Source of the DNA: Gemmatimonadales bacterium | GTDB lineage: Bacteria; Gemmatimonadota; Gemmatimonadetes; Gemmatimonadales; GWC2-71-9 | Length of the DNA: 64,000 bases | NCBI GenBank assembly: GCA_037189525.1 | Contig: JBBCJC010000002.1 | Coordinates: forward strand, 704,001 to 768,000 | Direction of reading: 5' to 3' | Part shown: piece by piece, positions 30,063-39,839 of the stretch | How the letters are laid out: each line of letters begins with the position of its first letter | Numbering within the stretch: position 1 is the stretch's first letter | Program-made: the position numbers and the translations under genes | Notes under the pieces: generated by a model | Databases searched by the model: none | What the model saw: only the letters and a program-made list of their open reading frames with translations | Told to the model about the DNA's origin: nothing

Positions 30063-31490
30063 ATGAGCATGCGCGACTTCCTCGAAATCCCGTATGACGA
30101 GCTCGAGGAAATCAACCTCGAAGCCAAGGCGGAACGGCTCGACCTGATCGACCCGGATGTGATTCGCGAAAAGCGCATCAAGTACTTGAGCGACGAAAAG
30201 CGCATCAAGGCGGTTACCGTCTGCTTCGCAGACCTCGAAGGCCGCCTGCACATGCTCGACTACGACAAGAAGTTTCTGATCAAGTCGTATGACAATCTCA
30301 CGTTCGACGGATCGTCGGTGCGCGGCTTTTCTGCGCAGCAGGAGTCCGATCTTCGCTTGAGCATCGACTGGCCCGCGTTCTACTGGTTGCCGTCCGACGT
30401 CTTCGGTCCGGGCAAGACGCTGGTCTTTGGCGACGTGCTGGAAAAGGATGGCGCGCCGTACGCGGCCGATGTGCGTTCCCGGCTCAAGAGCTATCTCAAG
30501 ACGCTGCGGGAGACGGAAGGGTTCACCTGCAATGCGGCGCCGGAGATCGAGGGTTTCCTCTTCAAGGGGCGGGACGCCGAGCGTCGCTATCACGAGACGG
30601 GCAAGTTCGAGTATGTGTCGACGGGCGGCTACTATCACTCGCTGCCGGGTGATGCGCTGCGTACGTTCATCGACACTGTCGCGGAGTCGCAGCGGGCGCT
30701 CGGGTTCGGCAACGAGAAGGATCATCCAGAGGTGGCGCCGTCGCAGTTCGAGGTCAACTACAGCTACACCGAGGCCAGTGTCGCGGCCGATCAGGTCCTG
30801 CTGTACAAGCTGGTCTGCCGCCAGATTGCGTCGCGGCTCGACATGACGGCGTCGTTCCTGCCCAAGCCGGTGACCGGCGTCAACGGGTCGGGCATGCACA
30901 TCAACATGTCGGTCAGCAAGGGCGGCAAGAACCTGTTCTACGACAAGAAGGGTCAGGACCAACTTTCCGAGTTCGGCTGGACCTTCATCGATCGGATCTT
31001 GTCGAGTGGTCAGGAGTTGTGTCTGGTCCTCAACCCGAGCGTCAACGCCTATCGTCGTCTCGACCCGCACTTCGAGGCGCCGAATCAGATCAAGGCGTCC
31101 GCCGTCGATCGTGGCTCGATGGTTCGGATTCCGATCGGCAACGAAAAGTCGGCGCGGGTCGAAGTGCGATCGATCGCACCCGATGCCAATCCGTATCTGG
31201 TGCTCTATTCGCTGCTCCGGACCGGACTCGAAGGGCCGATCGAGGATTCGGGCGACAAGAAGCGGGATCGGACCAAGTTTCTGCCGGACAACATCTATGA
31301 CGGCATCCGGCTCTTCAAGAGCTCGAAGTTTGCTGCGGATCTGCTGACGGAGTCCGTTCACAAGAAGTATGCGGACCTGAAGCTCGCCTCGGCGGAGCGG
31401 TGTCCGAAGGCGTTGGGCTCGCAGATCAAGATTCCGGAAATTCAGTTCCACCACGAGATCACCAATCAGTATCTCTGGTCGAAGTTCTGA
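30063..31490 (+). CDS. glnA: Glutamine synthetase (type I family)
   Basis: FDGSSVRGF; EVAPSQFE; FLPKPVTGVNGSGMH; RGSMVRIP; EVRSIAPDANPYL; strongly biased codon use. Confidence 0.9.
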   Translation: MSMRDFLEIPYDELEEINLEAKAERLDLIDPDVIREKRIKYLSDEKRIKAVTVCFADLEGRLHMLDYDKKFLIKSYDNLTFDGSSVRGFSAQQESDLRLSIDWPAFYWLPSDVFGPGKTLVFGDVLEKDGAPYAADVRSRLKSYLKTLRETEGFTCNAAPEIEGFLFKGRDAERRYHETGKFEYVSTGGYYHSLPGDALRTFIDTVAESQRALGFGNEKDHPEVAPSQFEVNYSYTEASVAADQVLLYKLVCRQIASRLDMTASFLPKPVTGVNGSGMHINMSVSKGGKNLFYDKKGQDQLSEFGWTFIDRILSSGQELCLVLNPSVNAYRRLDPHFEAPNQIKASAVDRGSMVRIPIGNEKSARVEVRSIAPDANPYLVLYSLLRTGLEGPIEDSGDKKRDRTKFLPDNIYDGIRLFKSSKFAADLLTESVHKKYADLKLASAERCPKALGSQIKIPEIQFHHEITNQYLWSKF

Positions 31491-31531
31491 GTCGGGATTC
31501 GCCGGTTACACGGCCGGCGTAGTCTGAGAAG

Positions 31532-31567
31532 AGGGGGCGAATTTCGGTTCGCCCCCTTATTCTTTTC
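31532..31567 (+). terminator. Rho-independent terminator after glnA
   Basis: AGGGGGCGAA-tttcgg-TTCGCCCCCT followed by TATTCTTTTC. Confidence 0.8.
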
Positions 31568-31656
31568 GCGCACCATGCGTCGTGGCCGGTTCGGTTCGGC
31601 CATGTTGCCGCGGCGTGCTCGATCCAGACTGATATCCTGCGCCTTTCGTGAGACCC

Positions 31657-33117
31657 ATGACCGATTCGGCAGCTTTGATTGTGCGTTTGAAGGAGTTGGA
31701 GCGCGCGTCCCGTCCTCTCAATCCCGGAACCGGGCGTCGCCGTGCCGCGCGCGCCGCCGTCGCGGCCGCAGGCGATCGTTTCCTGCGGCAGATCGAGCAT
31801 CTGCCGGCATTCGATCATCATCAGGGCGAGGGCGTGCTCGACGCACCGATCGGTGAGCAGGGTGTCGGTTTGGGAGACCTGATTCCGCTGATCGAACAGG
31901 ACGTGCTGCGCTCCGGCGCCACTACGGCGGCGCCGGGCTATCTGGGTTATATCCCCGGCGGCGGAATCTATTATTCGGCGTTAGGCGACTACCTCGCGGC
32001 CGTCTCCAACAAGTTTTCCGGGGTCTTTTTCGGCAGCCCTGGCGCAGTCCGCGCCGAGAACATGGTGTTGCGTTGGGTGGCGGATGAACTCGGCTTGCCG
32101 GCCAGTACGGTGGGCAATCTGACGTCGGGGGGCAGCATTGCCAACCTGATTGCGGTGGTTGCTGCGCGGGAAGCCCACGGGATTGGTGCGGCGTCGGTGC
32201 CGTCGCAGGTGGTGTATCTGACGTCGCAGGCACACCACTCGCTCGATAAAGCACTTCGGATTGCCGGACTCGGTGAGGCGGTCGTTCGTCAGATTCCGAT
32301 CGACGCGGCGTTTCGGATGCGGGCCGACCTGCTCGCCGAACAGATCGTCGCCGATCGCGCTGCGGGGCTCAGTCCCTGGCTCATCCTCGGCGCGGCAGGA
32401 ACCACCGATACGGGTGCGGTCGATCCTCTCGATCAGTTGGCGGACATCGCCGCGCGGGAGCGATGCTGGTTCCATGTCGACGGCGCCTACGGCGGCTTCT
32501 TTGCGCTGACCGAGGCCGGTAAGCGAACCCTTCGCGGCATCGAACGCGCGGATTCGGTGGTCCTGGATCCGCACAAGAGCCTTTTTCTGCCCTATGGGTC
32601 CGGCATGGTGCTGGTTCGCGATCCGGAACCGTTGCGCCAGGCGCATCGTGGCGGGGGCGCCTATCTCCAGGACATTCCAGACGACCCTACCCAGGTATCG
32701 CCCGCCGATGTCTCGCCCGAGCTGTCGCGACCGTTTCGCGGGATGCGGATCTGGTTGCCTCTCAAGCTCCTCGGCGCCAAGCCGTTTCGGGCGGCGCTGG
32801 ACGAGAAACTGTTACTGGCCCAGTACTTCTATGCTCGGGTAGCGGAGTTGGGGTTCGAAGTCGGTCCGCCGCCCGATCTGTCGTTGGTGACGTTCCGCTG
32901 GGCGCCGGAGGGCATGACCCTCGACGAGGCCAACGCGATGAACCGCCGGATCATCGAGTGGTTGCGCGACGACGGGCGGATTTTTCTGTCGTCGACCATG
33001 ATCGACGGGCGCTATACTCTGCGCATGGTGATCCTGTCGTTCCGAACCCATCGGCGCACCGTCGACGTGGCTTTACGGGCGCTCAGCGAAGCAGTCAACG
33101 CGCTGCAGCCAGGTTGA
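31657..33117 (+). CDS. Group II PLP-dependent decarboxylase (aromatic amino acid/glutamate decarboxylase-like)
   Basis: SGGSIANL; AHHSLDKA; AGTTDTGAVD; HVDGAYGG; DPHK PLP lysine. Confidence 0.92.
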   Translation: MTDSAALIVRLKELERASRPLNPGTGRRRAARAAVAAAGDRFLRQIEHLPAFDHHQGEGVLDAPIGEQGVGLGDLIPLIEQDVLRSGATTAAPGYLGYIPGGGIYYSALGDYLAAVSNKFSGVFFGSPGAVRAENMVLRWVADELGLPASTVGNLTSGGSIANLIAVVAAREAHGIGAASVPSQVVYLTSQAHHSLDKALRIAGLGEAVVRQIPIDAAFRMRADLLAEQIVADRAAGLSPWLILGAAGTTDTGAVDPLDQLADIAARERCWFHVDGAYGGFFALTEAGKRTLRGIERADSVVLDPHKSLFLPYGSGMVLVRDPEPLRQAHRGGGAYLQDIPDDPTQVSPADVSPELSRPFRGMRIWLPLKLLGAKPFRAALDEKLLLAQYFYARVAELGFEVGPPPDLSLVTFRWAPEGMTLDEANAMNRRIIEWLRDDGRIFLSSTMIDGRYTLRMVILSFRTHRRTVDVALRALSEAVNALQPG

Positions 33118-33766
33118 GCAGGTACGCGAAGAGGTTGTCTCCCAATCGGGTTGGCGTGGCTTTCGCATCGTAGTGATCGAAGCGGGTACAGGCAACCACG
33201 ACATGGCCGGTTCCGTAGGCGGCCTCGACGATCACGGCGTTGCGATTCAGCTTGGCATGCCGGGCGAGCACCTTCCACTCGCGTGCCGGCTCCGTCAGGG
33301 AGCAGTTGCCGACGAAGGCTCCGTTCGATTCGGCGAAGTCGGTGAGCTTGTCGCCGGAGATTCCCGCGAAGATCGGGTGCTTGCGATCGGTGATTCGCGC
33401 TTCGACGGTGTGTTCGCCGGCAAAGATCTCGTAGGGCGCCCAGCCTCGTGAAAAACCGTCGACCTTCGGATTGATGACCAGCAGGATGCCGCCGTTCTGG
33501 ACATATGCCTTGAAGGCGGGGCCGTTGAGATCCTGGAGACGGAACAGATTATCGACCACGATGAGGTCGTAGCGGCCGAGATCGGCGCCGGTGATCGAGG
33601 TCGGAATGGTGTCGAACGGGGTCTGGCGATGCGCCAGGATCGTGGCACCGAACGACCCCATGCCGGCCGCCTGAATGATCCCGACCCGCGGCTGATCCTG
33701 CGCTGCGCCGTTGCCGGCTCCGGCCAGCACGAGCAACAGGACGAAAATCGGGCCGAGGTGAGGCAT
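33095..33766 (-). CDS. Secreted hypothetical protein (possibly glutamine-amidotransferase-like fold)
   Basis: Signal peptide; DLGRYDLIVV; YVQNGGILLV; YGTGHVVV. Confidence 0.65.
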   Translation of the reverse strand: MPHLGPIFVLLLVLAGAGNGAAQDQPRVGIIQAAGMGSFGATILAHRQTPFDTIPTSITGADLGRYDLIVVDNLFRLQDLNGPAFKAYVQNGGILLVINPKVDGFSRGWAPYEIFAGEHTVEARITDRKHPIFAGISGDKLTDFAESNGAFVGNCSLTEPAREWKVLARHAKLNRNAVIVEAAYGTGHVVVACTRFDHYDAKATPTRLGDNLFAYLLNLAAAR

Positions 33767-33923
33767 TGGGGTCTCCGTGGTACGAGTGTCGGGAATCTGC
33801 GGGTCCCGGGTCGGGTCGCAAGGGGTGCGACCTTGCTGCCAAGGTGATACTGTCTAACGTTAGGAGCCCGGCCGCGCGCGATGCCGGGTCCCTCCGATCA
33901 ACTTTGCTGTGGAGTTGGTGACT

Positions 33924-35786
33924 GTGGCCGACGGTCAGACCATGTTCAATGTTGCCCCGGGTGGCGGCGATCCGTTCGAGCAGCTGCTGGAACAGGTGCG
34001 CCTGGCCGCCGAGGGAGCGTACGATATCCTCGGCGAAATGGGGCGCAGCAAGAGCGGCAACGTCGTGTATCTCGCGCGGGAGCTCGAGACCGGCAATCTC
34101 GTGGCGATGAAGCTCTCGCGTGACGCGGGGGCGCCGGACGAATTCACTCTCGAAGTGGTGCGAACGCTGGACGGGTCGGTGCCGGGGCTCGAGAGCAAGT
34201 GTCCGGAGTGCAAAGGCCTCCTTCCGGATTGGGATCGCTTCTGTTTCCGGTGCGGCGCTGACTTGTCCGTCGTCGGGTTTACCCCGGGCGACGACGAAGG
34301 GGCCGAGATTCTGGCCGCCGTGAAGGAAGCGACGGCGGGTGCCTACGATATCGTCGGCAAAATGGATCGCGCCGATGGAGGCGGGGTCGTGTTCTTTGCC
34401 CGCGATCTGGAGCGGAACCGTCTGGTGGCGCTCCGTCTCAAGCAGGACCAGAGCGCCGATCCGGAGCAGGCGAGCTACTCGATCGGTGAGACGCAGGTCT
34501 TCCGTCCGCTTGCTGCGGAGCTGGGCGCGACCCAGATCGCTCCGGCTGCGTTTGTGATGCCGACCCCGCCGCCTGCCGCGGCTCCGGTGGTCGCGGCGGC
34601 CGTGTCGGAGCCGATTCCGGCCGCCGTTCCTCCGGTGCGGAGTGGCGCGCGCCCGTCCGGCATGGGGAAGAAGTTGGCGCTGGCCGGTGGATTGGTGTTG
34701 CTCGTGGTGATTGCCGTGCTGGCGTTCAGCGGAGGCGATGACGTGACGCCGACGCCTCCGCCTGCTGTCGTCGAAACCCCTCCGCCGGCGGCCGAACCCG
34801 CCGAGCCGGTTGTCACCGAGCCGGTTGCTTCGATTGCCGCGGCGGATTCCGGTGTGATTACCGTGGGGGTGCCGCTGCCCGGTGGAGCGCGCCTCACCAT
34901 CGACGGCCGCGCGGTGCGGGGTGCGCAGCATCGGGTCGCGGCGGGCACCCGAGCGCTGGTCCTGACGGCCGCCGGGTATGAAACCGTGCGCGAGCGGATC
35001 GAGGTCGGGGCTGAGCAAACGGTGGTCTGGCGCCCCCAGCTCTCCCGGGTTGCTGCGTCAGCACCGGCGCCTGCGCCTGAACCGGCGCCGCCGCCCGTTG
35101 CGCCGCCCCCCGCGCAGACGGTGGCGCCGACCTGCGCCCGCGCCGTCAGCCGATCGGAGTGGAGCGCGGCGCTGGATCTCTGCCGCGCCGAGGCGCAGGC
35201 GGGCAATGCGACTGCGCAGCGGAACCTGGCCAAGCTCTATGATGACGGGAACGGGGTGGCGCAGGACCGTGCCCAGGCAGCGGAGTGGTATCAGCGCGCT
35301 GCAGCGGGCGGGAGCCGGGAAGCCCAGGAGCGGCTCGGCTACCTCTATCGGGAGGGACTTGGCGTCCGGCGCGACGAGCGGCAATCCGCGACCTTCTTCC
35401 GGCAGGCGGCGGAGGGGGGCCAGGTTCGGGCCCAGCTCGAATACGGGGTGGCGCTGGAAGACGGCAAGGGGGTAGACCGGGACCAGGCGCAAGCTGCGCA
35501 ATGGTATGAGAAGGCCTCGTCGGGCGGTAGCCCGCAGGCGGCCCGGCGCCTGGGACGGTTGTATGAGCGTGGCAGCGGCGTCTCGAAAGACGAAGCCGCG
35601 GCGGCCAAGTGGTATCGGGTCGGGGGTGATCGCGGCGATGCGGAGGCCCAGTACTTCCTCGGCCGGCTGTACAAGGACGGCAAAGGGGTATCGAAGTCTG
35701 CGGAGCAGGCGTTGGTGTGGTTTCAGAAGGCGGCGGCACAGGGGCATCGTGACGCGGCCAACGAAGCGCGCCGGCTGACGCCCTGA
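33924..35786 (+). CDS. Membrane protein: two kinase N-lobe-like repeats around a zinc ribbon, TM, PEGA-like domain, SEL1 repeats
   Basis: YDILGEMGR..VVYLARE..LVAMK and YDIVGKMDR..VVFFARD..LVALR; CPEC..CFRC; TM; five AQxxLGxLYxxGxGV-type repeats; start 33909-33942. Confidence 0.8.
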   Translation: MADGQTMFNVAPGGGDPFEQLLEQVRLAAEGAYDILGEMGRSKSGNVVYLARELETGNLVAMKLSRDAGAPDEFTLEVVRTLDGSVPGLESKCPECKGLLPDWDRFCFRCGADLSVVGFTPGDDEGAEILAAVKEATAGAYDIVGKMDRADGGGVVFFARDLERNRLVALRLKQDQSADPEQASYSIGETQVFRPLAAELGATQIAPAAFVMPTPPPAAAPVVAAAVSEPIPAAVPPVRSGARPSGMGKKLALAGGLVLLVVIAVLAFSGGDDVTPTPPPAVVETPPPAAEPAEPVVTEPVASIAAADSGVITVGVPLPGGARLTIDGRAVRGAQHRVAAGTRALVLTAAGYETVRERIEVGAEQTVVWRPQLSRVAASAPAPAPEPAPPPVAPPPAQTVAPTCARAVSRSEWSAALDLCRAEAQAGNATAQRNLAKLYDDGNGVAQDRAQAAEWYQRAAAGGSREAQERLGYLYREGLGVRRDERQSATFFRQAAEGGQVRAQLEYGVALEDGKGVDRDQAQAAQWYEKASSGGSPQAARRLGRLYERGSGVSKDEAAAAKWYRVGGDRGDAEAQYFLGRLYKDGKGVSKSAEQALVWFQKAAAQGHRDAANEARRLTP

Positions 35787-35815
35787 TTCCGTGTCCATCC
35801 ATTATTGAGGATTTC

Positions 35816-36859
35816 ATGAAGGGCGTATTCTCGGCGGCCGGGCTGACGCTCGTGCTTGCCATGACCGCGTGCGGCCGTTCGCCGTCGGCTGAGCAGGAAG
35901 CGCGCGCGAAGGTCCTGCACGACATACCGGCTTCGATCATCCTCCCGACCTACCGCCAACTCGACGCGCGTGCTGCGGAGCTGGCAGAGCGGATTGCCGT
36001 GCTGGCTGCGGAGCCGACGGAGCCGAATCTGGAGTTGGCGCGGACGGCGTGGCGCGAGGCCCGGCGCAGCTGGGAACAGGGCGAGGGATTTCTTTTCGGG
36101 CCCGTCGATAGTGACGGCCTCGATCCGCAGATCGATAGCTGGCCGGTCAATCGGACGGACCTGGATGCAGTCCTGGCCGGCGCCGACTCTCTTACGGTTA
36201 GTGCCGTGAGCCGCCTCGACGTGACACTGCAGGGATTTCACACGCTCGAGTATCTGCTCTGGGGCACCGGAAAGAAGCGAGCGGCCGATCTTACGAAGCG
36301 GGAGTTGGCGTATCTCCAGGCATCCGCGGGCGCCCTCAAGCAGGCCACCGGGGCGCTGGTGTCGGCGTGGGGCGCCGAGGGGGGTAACTATCTGTCCGTG
36401 CTGCAGTCGGCCGGCGAGCCGTCCAATGTGATTTATCCTTCGCAGCAGGCGGGGTTGCAGGAGCTGGTGAACGGTCTGATCAAGATTGCCGACGAATTGT
36501 CGGCGACCAAAATCGCCGAGCCACTCGAAGCACGCGATCCGGCCCTTCAGGAATCACAGTTCAGCGACAACTCGCTCGCCGACTATCTCGACAACGTCCG
36601 GTCCATCGATCATGTCTATCGCGGGGTCTTCGGTTCGGACAGCGTAGCGGGGCTGACGACGCTCGTCCGTCCCGGCGCGGCGCAGGTCGACGAGCGGATC
36701 CGGCGCGAGATTGCCGACGCGTTGATTGCGCTCGAAGCGCTCGCACCGTCGTTCGGCGACGCCATCCTGACTCGGCCGGTCGCGGTGGAGTCGGCCAGGC
36801 AGGCCGTTGCGACCTTGCGGGCGACACTCGAGCGCGACCTGCTTCCGCTGGTCGAGTGA
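35816..36859 (+). CDS. Imelysin family (IrpA-like) iron-uptake lipoprotein
   Basis: MTAC lipobox; FLFGPV; IDSWPVN; GFHTLEYLLW (HxxE); ESQFSDNS. Confidence 0.88.
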   Translation: MKGVFSAAGLTLVLAMTACGRSPSAEQEARAKVLHDIPASIILPTYRQLDARAAELAERIAVLAAEPTEPNLELARTAWREARRSWEQGEGFLFGPVDSDGLDPQIDSWPVNRTDLDAVLAGADSLTVSAVSRLDVTLQGFHTLEYLLWGTGKKRAADLTKRELAYLQASAGALKQATGALVSAWGAEGGNYLSVLQSAGEPSNVIYPSQQAGLQELVNGLIKIADELSATKIAEPLEARDPALQESQFSDNSLADYLDNVRSIDHVYRGVFGSDSVAGLTTLVRPGAAQVDERIRREIADALIALEALAPSFGDAILTRPVAVESARQAVATLRATLERDLLPLVE

Positions 36860-38217
36860 CGCAGCGGCAGTCGACCGTGATGCGTGCGTTGGCGGGGCTC
36901 CTCATTCTCCTCGGGGCATCGAGCTGCCGCTCGGGTCATGCCTCCGATCGATCGTCGCATTCGGGCGGGGATCTGACGATTTTCGACCGCACCAGCGGCG
37001 CCTTTCGCGCGCCCGCTCCCAATCTGGATTCTGCGGAGCTTGCGCGGCATCGGATCGGTGATGTCGCGTTCGAAGCGGCGTTCGTTTCTTCGCCGGCGCC
37101 GTTCAATCCCGGGCTCGGCCCGTTCTTCAACGATTTATCGTGCCGAGCTTGTCACCAGGGTGATGGTCGGGGGCGGGCCGCGGAGCCCGGCGCGATTCCG
37201 AACGCACTGCTCCTCCGGGTGAGCGTGCCGGGCACGCCGGCCGTCCCGCGTTTCGGTGCTCAGCTTCAGTTGCGCGCCACCGTCGGCTTCGAACCTGAGG
37301 CCACGGCCGTGGTCTCCTATGTGATGACGCGAGGCCAGCTGGCGGACGGTACGCCCTATGAGCTTCGCGCGCCCCGCTTCGAGGTCGCTTCGGCGCTCGG
37401 GTCGCTTCCGGCCGATCTCGAGCTGTCTCCGCGGCTGGCGCCGCCCGTTTTCGGGCTCGGTTTGCTCGAGGCGGTTGCGGATCAGGATATCCTCGCCCGC
37501 GCCGATCCGGACGATCGCGACGGCGACGGCATTTCGGGGCGTCCGAACTATGCGATCGACGCGACGACCGGGGAACGGAAGCTGGGCCGTTTCGGATGGA
37601 AGGCCGGGGTGCCGTCGCTCCTGCATCAGAGCGCACTCGCGTATTCGGAGGACATGGGGATCACCTCCGCCTACTTTCCGACGGAAACATGCCGGGATCT
37701 GATCAAGCATAGCCGCTGTGAAGATCACGACGCCGACCTTCCGTCTTCCACCATCGATCTGGTCACCTGGTATGTCCGGACGCTCGCCGTGCCGGCGCGC
37801 CGCGGCCTCGACGACCGAACCGTGCGCCGGGGAGAGGCGACCTTTCGGCGGATCGGCTGCGCCTCGTGCCATGTGGAGTCGATGCGGACCGCGGAGACCG
37901 GCGTGCCGCGTTTGCTTGCCGGGCAATCGTTCCGCCCGTATACGGACCTGCTGCTTCACGATATGGGCGATGGCCTTGCCGATGGCCGACCCGATGGCCT
38001 GGCCAACGGGCGGGAATGGCGGACGCCGCCGCTCTGGGGTATCGGGCTCACCCGAGTGGTCAACGGCCATACCAGCTTCCTGCACGACGGGCGCGCCCGG
38101 AATCTGCTCGAGGCCATCCTCTGGCATGCCGGAGAAGCGGACGCGGCGGCAACCCGGTTCCGGAATCTCTCGGCCAAGGATCGTGCCGCCCTGCTCGCCT
38201 TTCTCGAAAGCCTCTGA
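36856..38217 (+). CDS. Di-heme oxidoreductase (DHOR/DUF1111) family protein
   Basis: GLGPFFN..CRACH; DPDDRDGDGISGR; GRFGWKA; CASCH; TDLLLHDMG; WRTPPLWG; LHDGRAR; GTGA overlap with imelysin. Confidence 0.92.
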   Translation: MTQRQSTVMRALAGLLILLGASSCRSGHASDRSSHSGGDLTIFDRTSGAFRAPAPNLDSAELARHRIGDVAFEAAFVSSPAPFNPGLGPFFNDLSCRACHQGDGRGRAAEPGAIPNALLLRVSVPGTPAVPRFGAQLQLRATVGFEPEATAVVSYVMTRGQLADGTPYELRAPRFEVASALGSLPADLELSPRLAPPVFGLGLLEAVADQDILARADPDDRDGDGISGRPNYAIDATTGERKLGRFGWKAGVPSLLHQSALAYSEDMGITSAYFPTETCRDLIKHSRCEDHDADLPSSTIDLVTWYVRTLAVPARRGLDDRTVRRGEATFRRIGCASCHVESMRTAETGVPRLLAGQSFRPYTDLLLHDMGDGLADGRPDGLANGREWRTPPLWGIGLTRVVNGHTSFLHDGRARNLLEAILWHAGEADAAATRFRNLSAKDRAALLAFLESL

Positions 38218-38226
38218 TCGTCCGGA

Positions 38227-39780
38227 TCAGGATCGGGTCCGGATGTATTCGATCAGGTCGCCCAGCGCGGCGCCGATCTGCTTGGCTAGCGGAATGGCGT
38301 CGTGCCGGAAGAAGCGGATGATGTCCGGCAGCGACGTGAAGAAGCTGTGGATTATCAGCAGGGAAAGTCCCATCACCGCGAGCGTCAGGGTCGTGGTCAT
38401 CACCGCTACGACCAGCATCGCCACCAGGGCGACCGTCATCAGCGCGCCGATGAACAGCGTCAGGATCCCGCCCAGGACTCGGGCCACGAGGCCGGGGCGC
38501 GGGTAGCCGCCCGACCCAAAGCGCAGCAAGCGGGCTCCCTGTGCCTGGAGCCGCTGCAGGCGTCTGGCGGACCCGGGGTGGTAGCCTCCCGCGGGGGTGG
38601 TGGCGCCGCGGTGTCCGCTGGTCGAGGGCCAGAGGATGAAGAGGAGGCCCGCCTTGGCGCCGGCCGGGAACATCACATCGGTGCGTTGCAACCGCTGAAT
38701 GGCATGCGCCATTCCGTCGGGGTTGCGGGTCAACTGGACGGCGGTGGCGTCGGCCAGGTAGCGGCGGGCGCGCCAGAGGGCGGCGAGGATCGGGCCGAAG
38801 AAGATCCACTGGCCCAGCAGGATGAAAAGCTGGGTCGTGGCGCCGGCCAGGACGAACGGCATCGTCAGCATGGCGCGGCATCCCGACGGCGAGGTGGTCT
38901 CGGGTGAATGCTCCTGGGCCAGCAGTTCGGCAACCTCTTCGACGGCGCGGGCGTCTCGGCTGAACAGCCCGGTGATACTCCGCCTGAGGGTTCGGGCGGC
39001 GCTCTTGGCGGACCCGGCCGTGAGGATGGCGCCCAGCAGACCGAAGGTCCGGTCGACGGAGAGGACCAGATTGGCAATGCGCAGATCGCCGTTGCCCACC
39101 GAGCCGATCAGGTGGCCCAGGACGGCCTGGGTCTCATTGCGGTCGAGGGTGCTCAGCAAGCCACTGGTGACCACGATGGTGGCGTCGTCGGGTCCGGTGC
39201 CCACGGCCGCCGCGTTGGCGGCGGACTGATCGAGCAGCTTGACGCGTGGCGGCCGCATCCCCGCGGCGATGGACATTTCTTCCAGCACATTGATGAGTTG
39301 CCGCTCTTCCAGGTCGTGGGGTCGCGGGTCACGCGCCTCGATGGCGAGCAGCACCCCGCCCGGGCCGGCGCGCCGGAACAGGGCCAGCACCCAGACCCAG
39401 AGCAGCAGCATGCCGAGCATGCCGGGCGCGATGAGCAGCATCCCGAGGCGGGCGAGTGCGGCCAGGTCGAGTCCGGACCAGTCGCCGGCATTGAGGCCCC
39501 GGTCCAGGGGGGCCAGGATTTCGGGGAGCAGCCGGCCGATCCGCTCGATCAGCGCCCAGAGCTCGGCAGGCAGCGGCACGACCAGGTTGACGAGGTGAAT
39601 CAGCGTCAGCGAGATCAGGTAGAGGATCGGGGTCAGGATCAGGCTGAGTGGGATCCCCGCCAGCGCCACCGCGGCGGCGCCGGCCACGGCAAAGCGCCAC
39701 GTCCGGCGGCGATGCCGCGCCTGCTCCGCAAAGAAGGTGGTTCGGTCCGCGGGGCCGAACCGGGATGGAGGAGCCGTCAT
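38227..39780 (-). CDS. M48/HtpX-like membrane protein with degenerate zinc-binding motifs
   Basis: NVLEEMSIAAG..P; ANAAAVG; VVTSGLL..L.RNE; HLIGS in place of HExxH; RRYLADATAVQLTRNP; YHP. Confidence 0.8.
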   Translation of the reverse strand: MTAPPSRFGPADRTTFFAEQARHRRRTWRFAVAGAAAVALAGIPLSLILTPILYLISLTLIHLVNLVVPLPAELWALIERIGRLLPEILAPLDRGLNAGDWSGLDLAALARLGMLLIAPGMLGMLLLWVWVLALFRRAGPGGVLLAIEARDPRPHDLEERQLINVLEEMSIAAGMRPPRVKLLDQSAANAAAVGTGPDDATIVVTSGLLSTLDRNETQAVLGHLIGSVGNGDLRIANLVLSVDRTFGLLGAILTAGSAKSAARTLRRSITGLFSRDARAVEEVAELLAQEHSPETTSPSGCRAMLTMPFVLAGATTQLFILLGQWIFFGPILAALWRARRYLADATAVQLTRNPDGMAHAIQRLQRTDVMFPAGAKAGLLFILWPSTSGHRGATTPAGGYHPGSARRLQRLQAQGARLLRFGSGGYPRPGLVARVLGGILTLFIGALMTVALVAMLVVAVMTTTLTLAVMGLSLLIIHSFFTSLPDIIRFFRHDAIPLAKQIGAALGDLIEYIRTRS

Positions 39781-39839
39781 GCCGCTGCTCCGGACCAGGA
39801 GTGACTGCAGCTGCCGGTACTTCGGGCGCGAGCGTCCGG

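Noticed and set aside
35816..38217. Imelysin plus DHOR pair as a novel system
   Set aside because: Well-known iron-uptake-associated pairing; no convincing Fur box seen upstream
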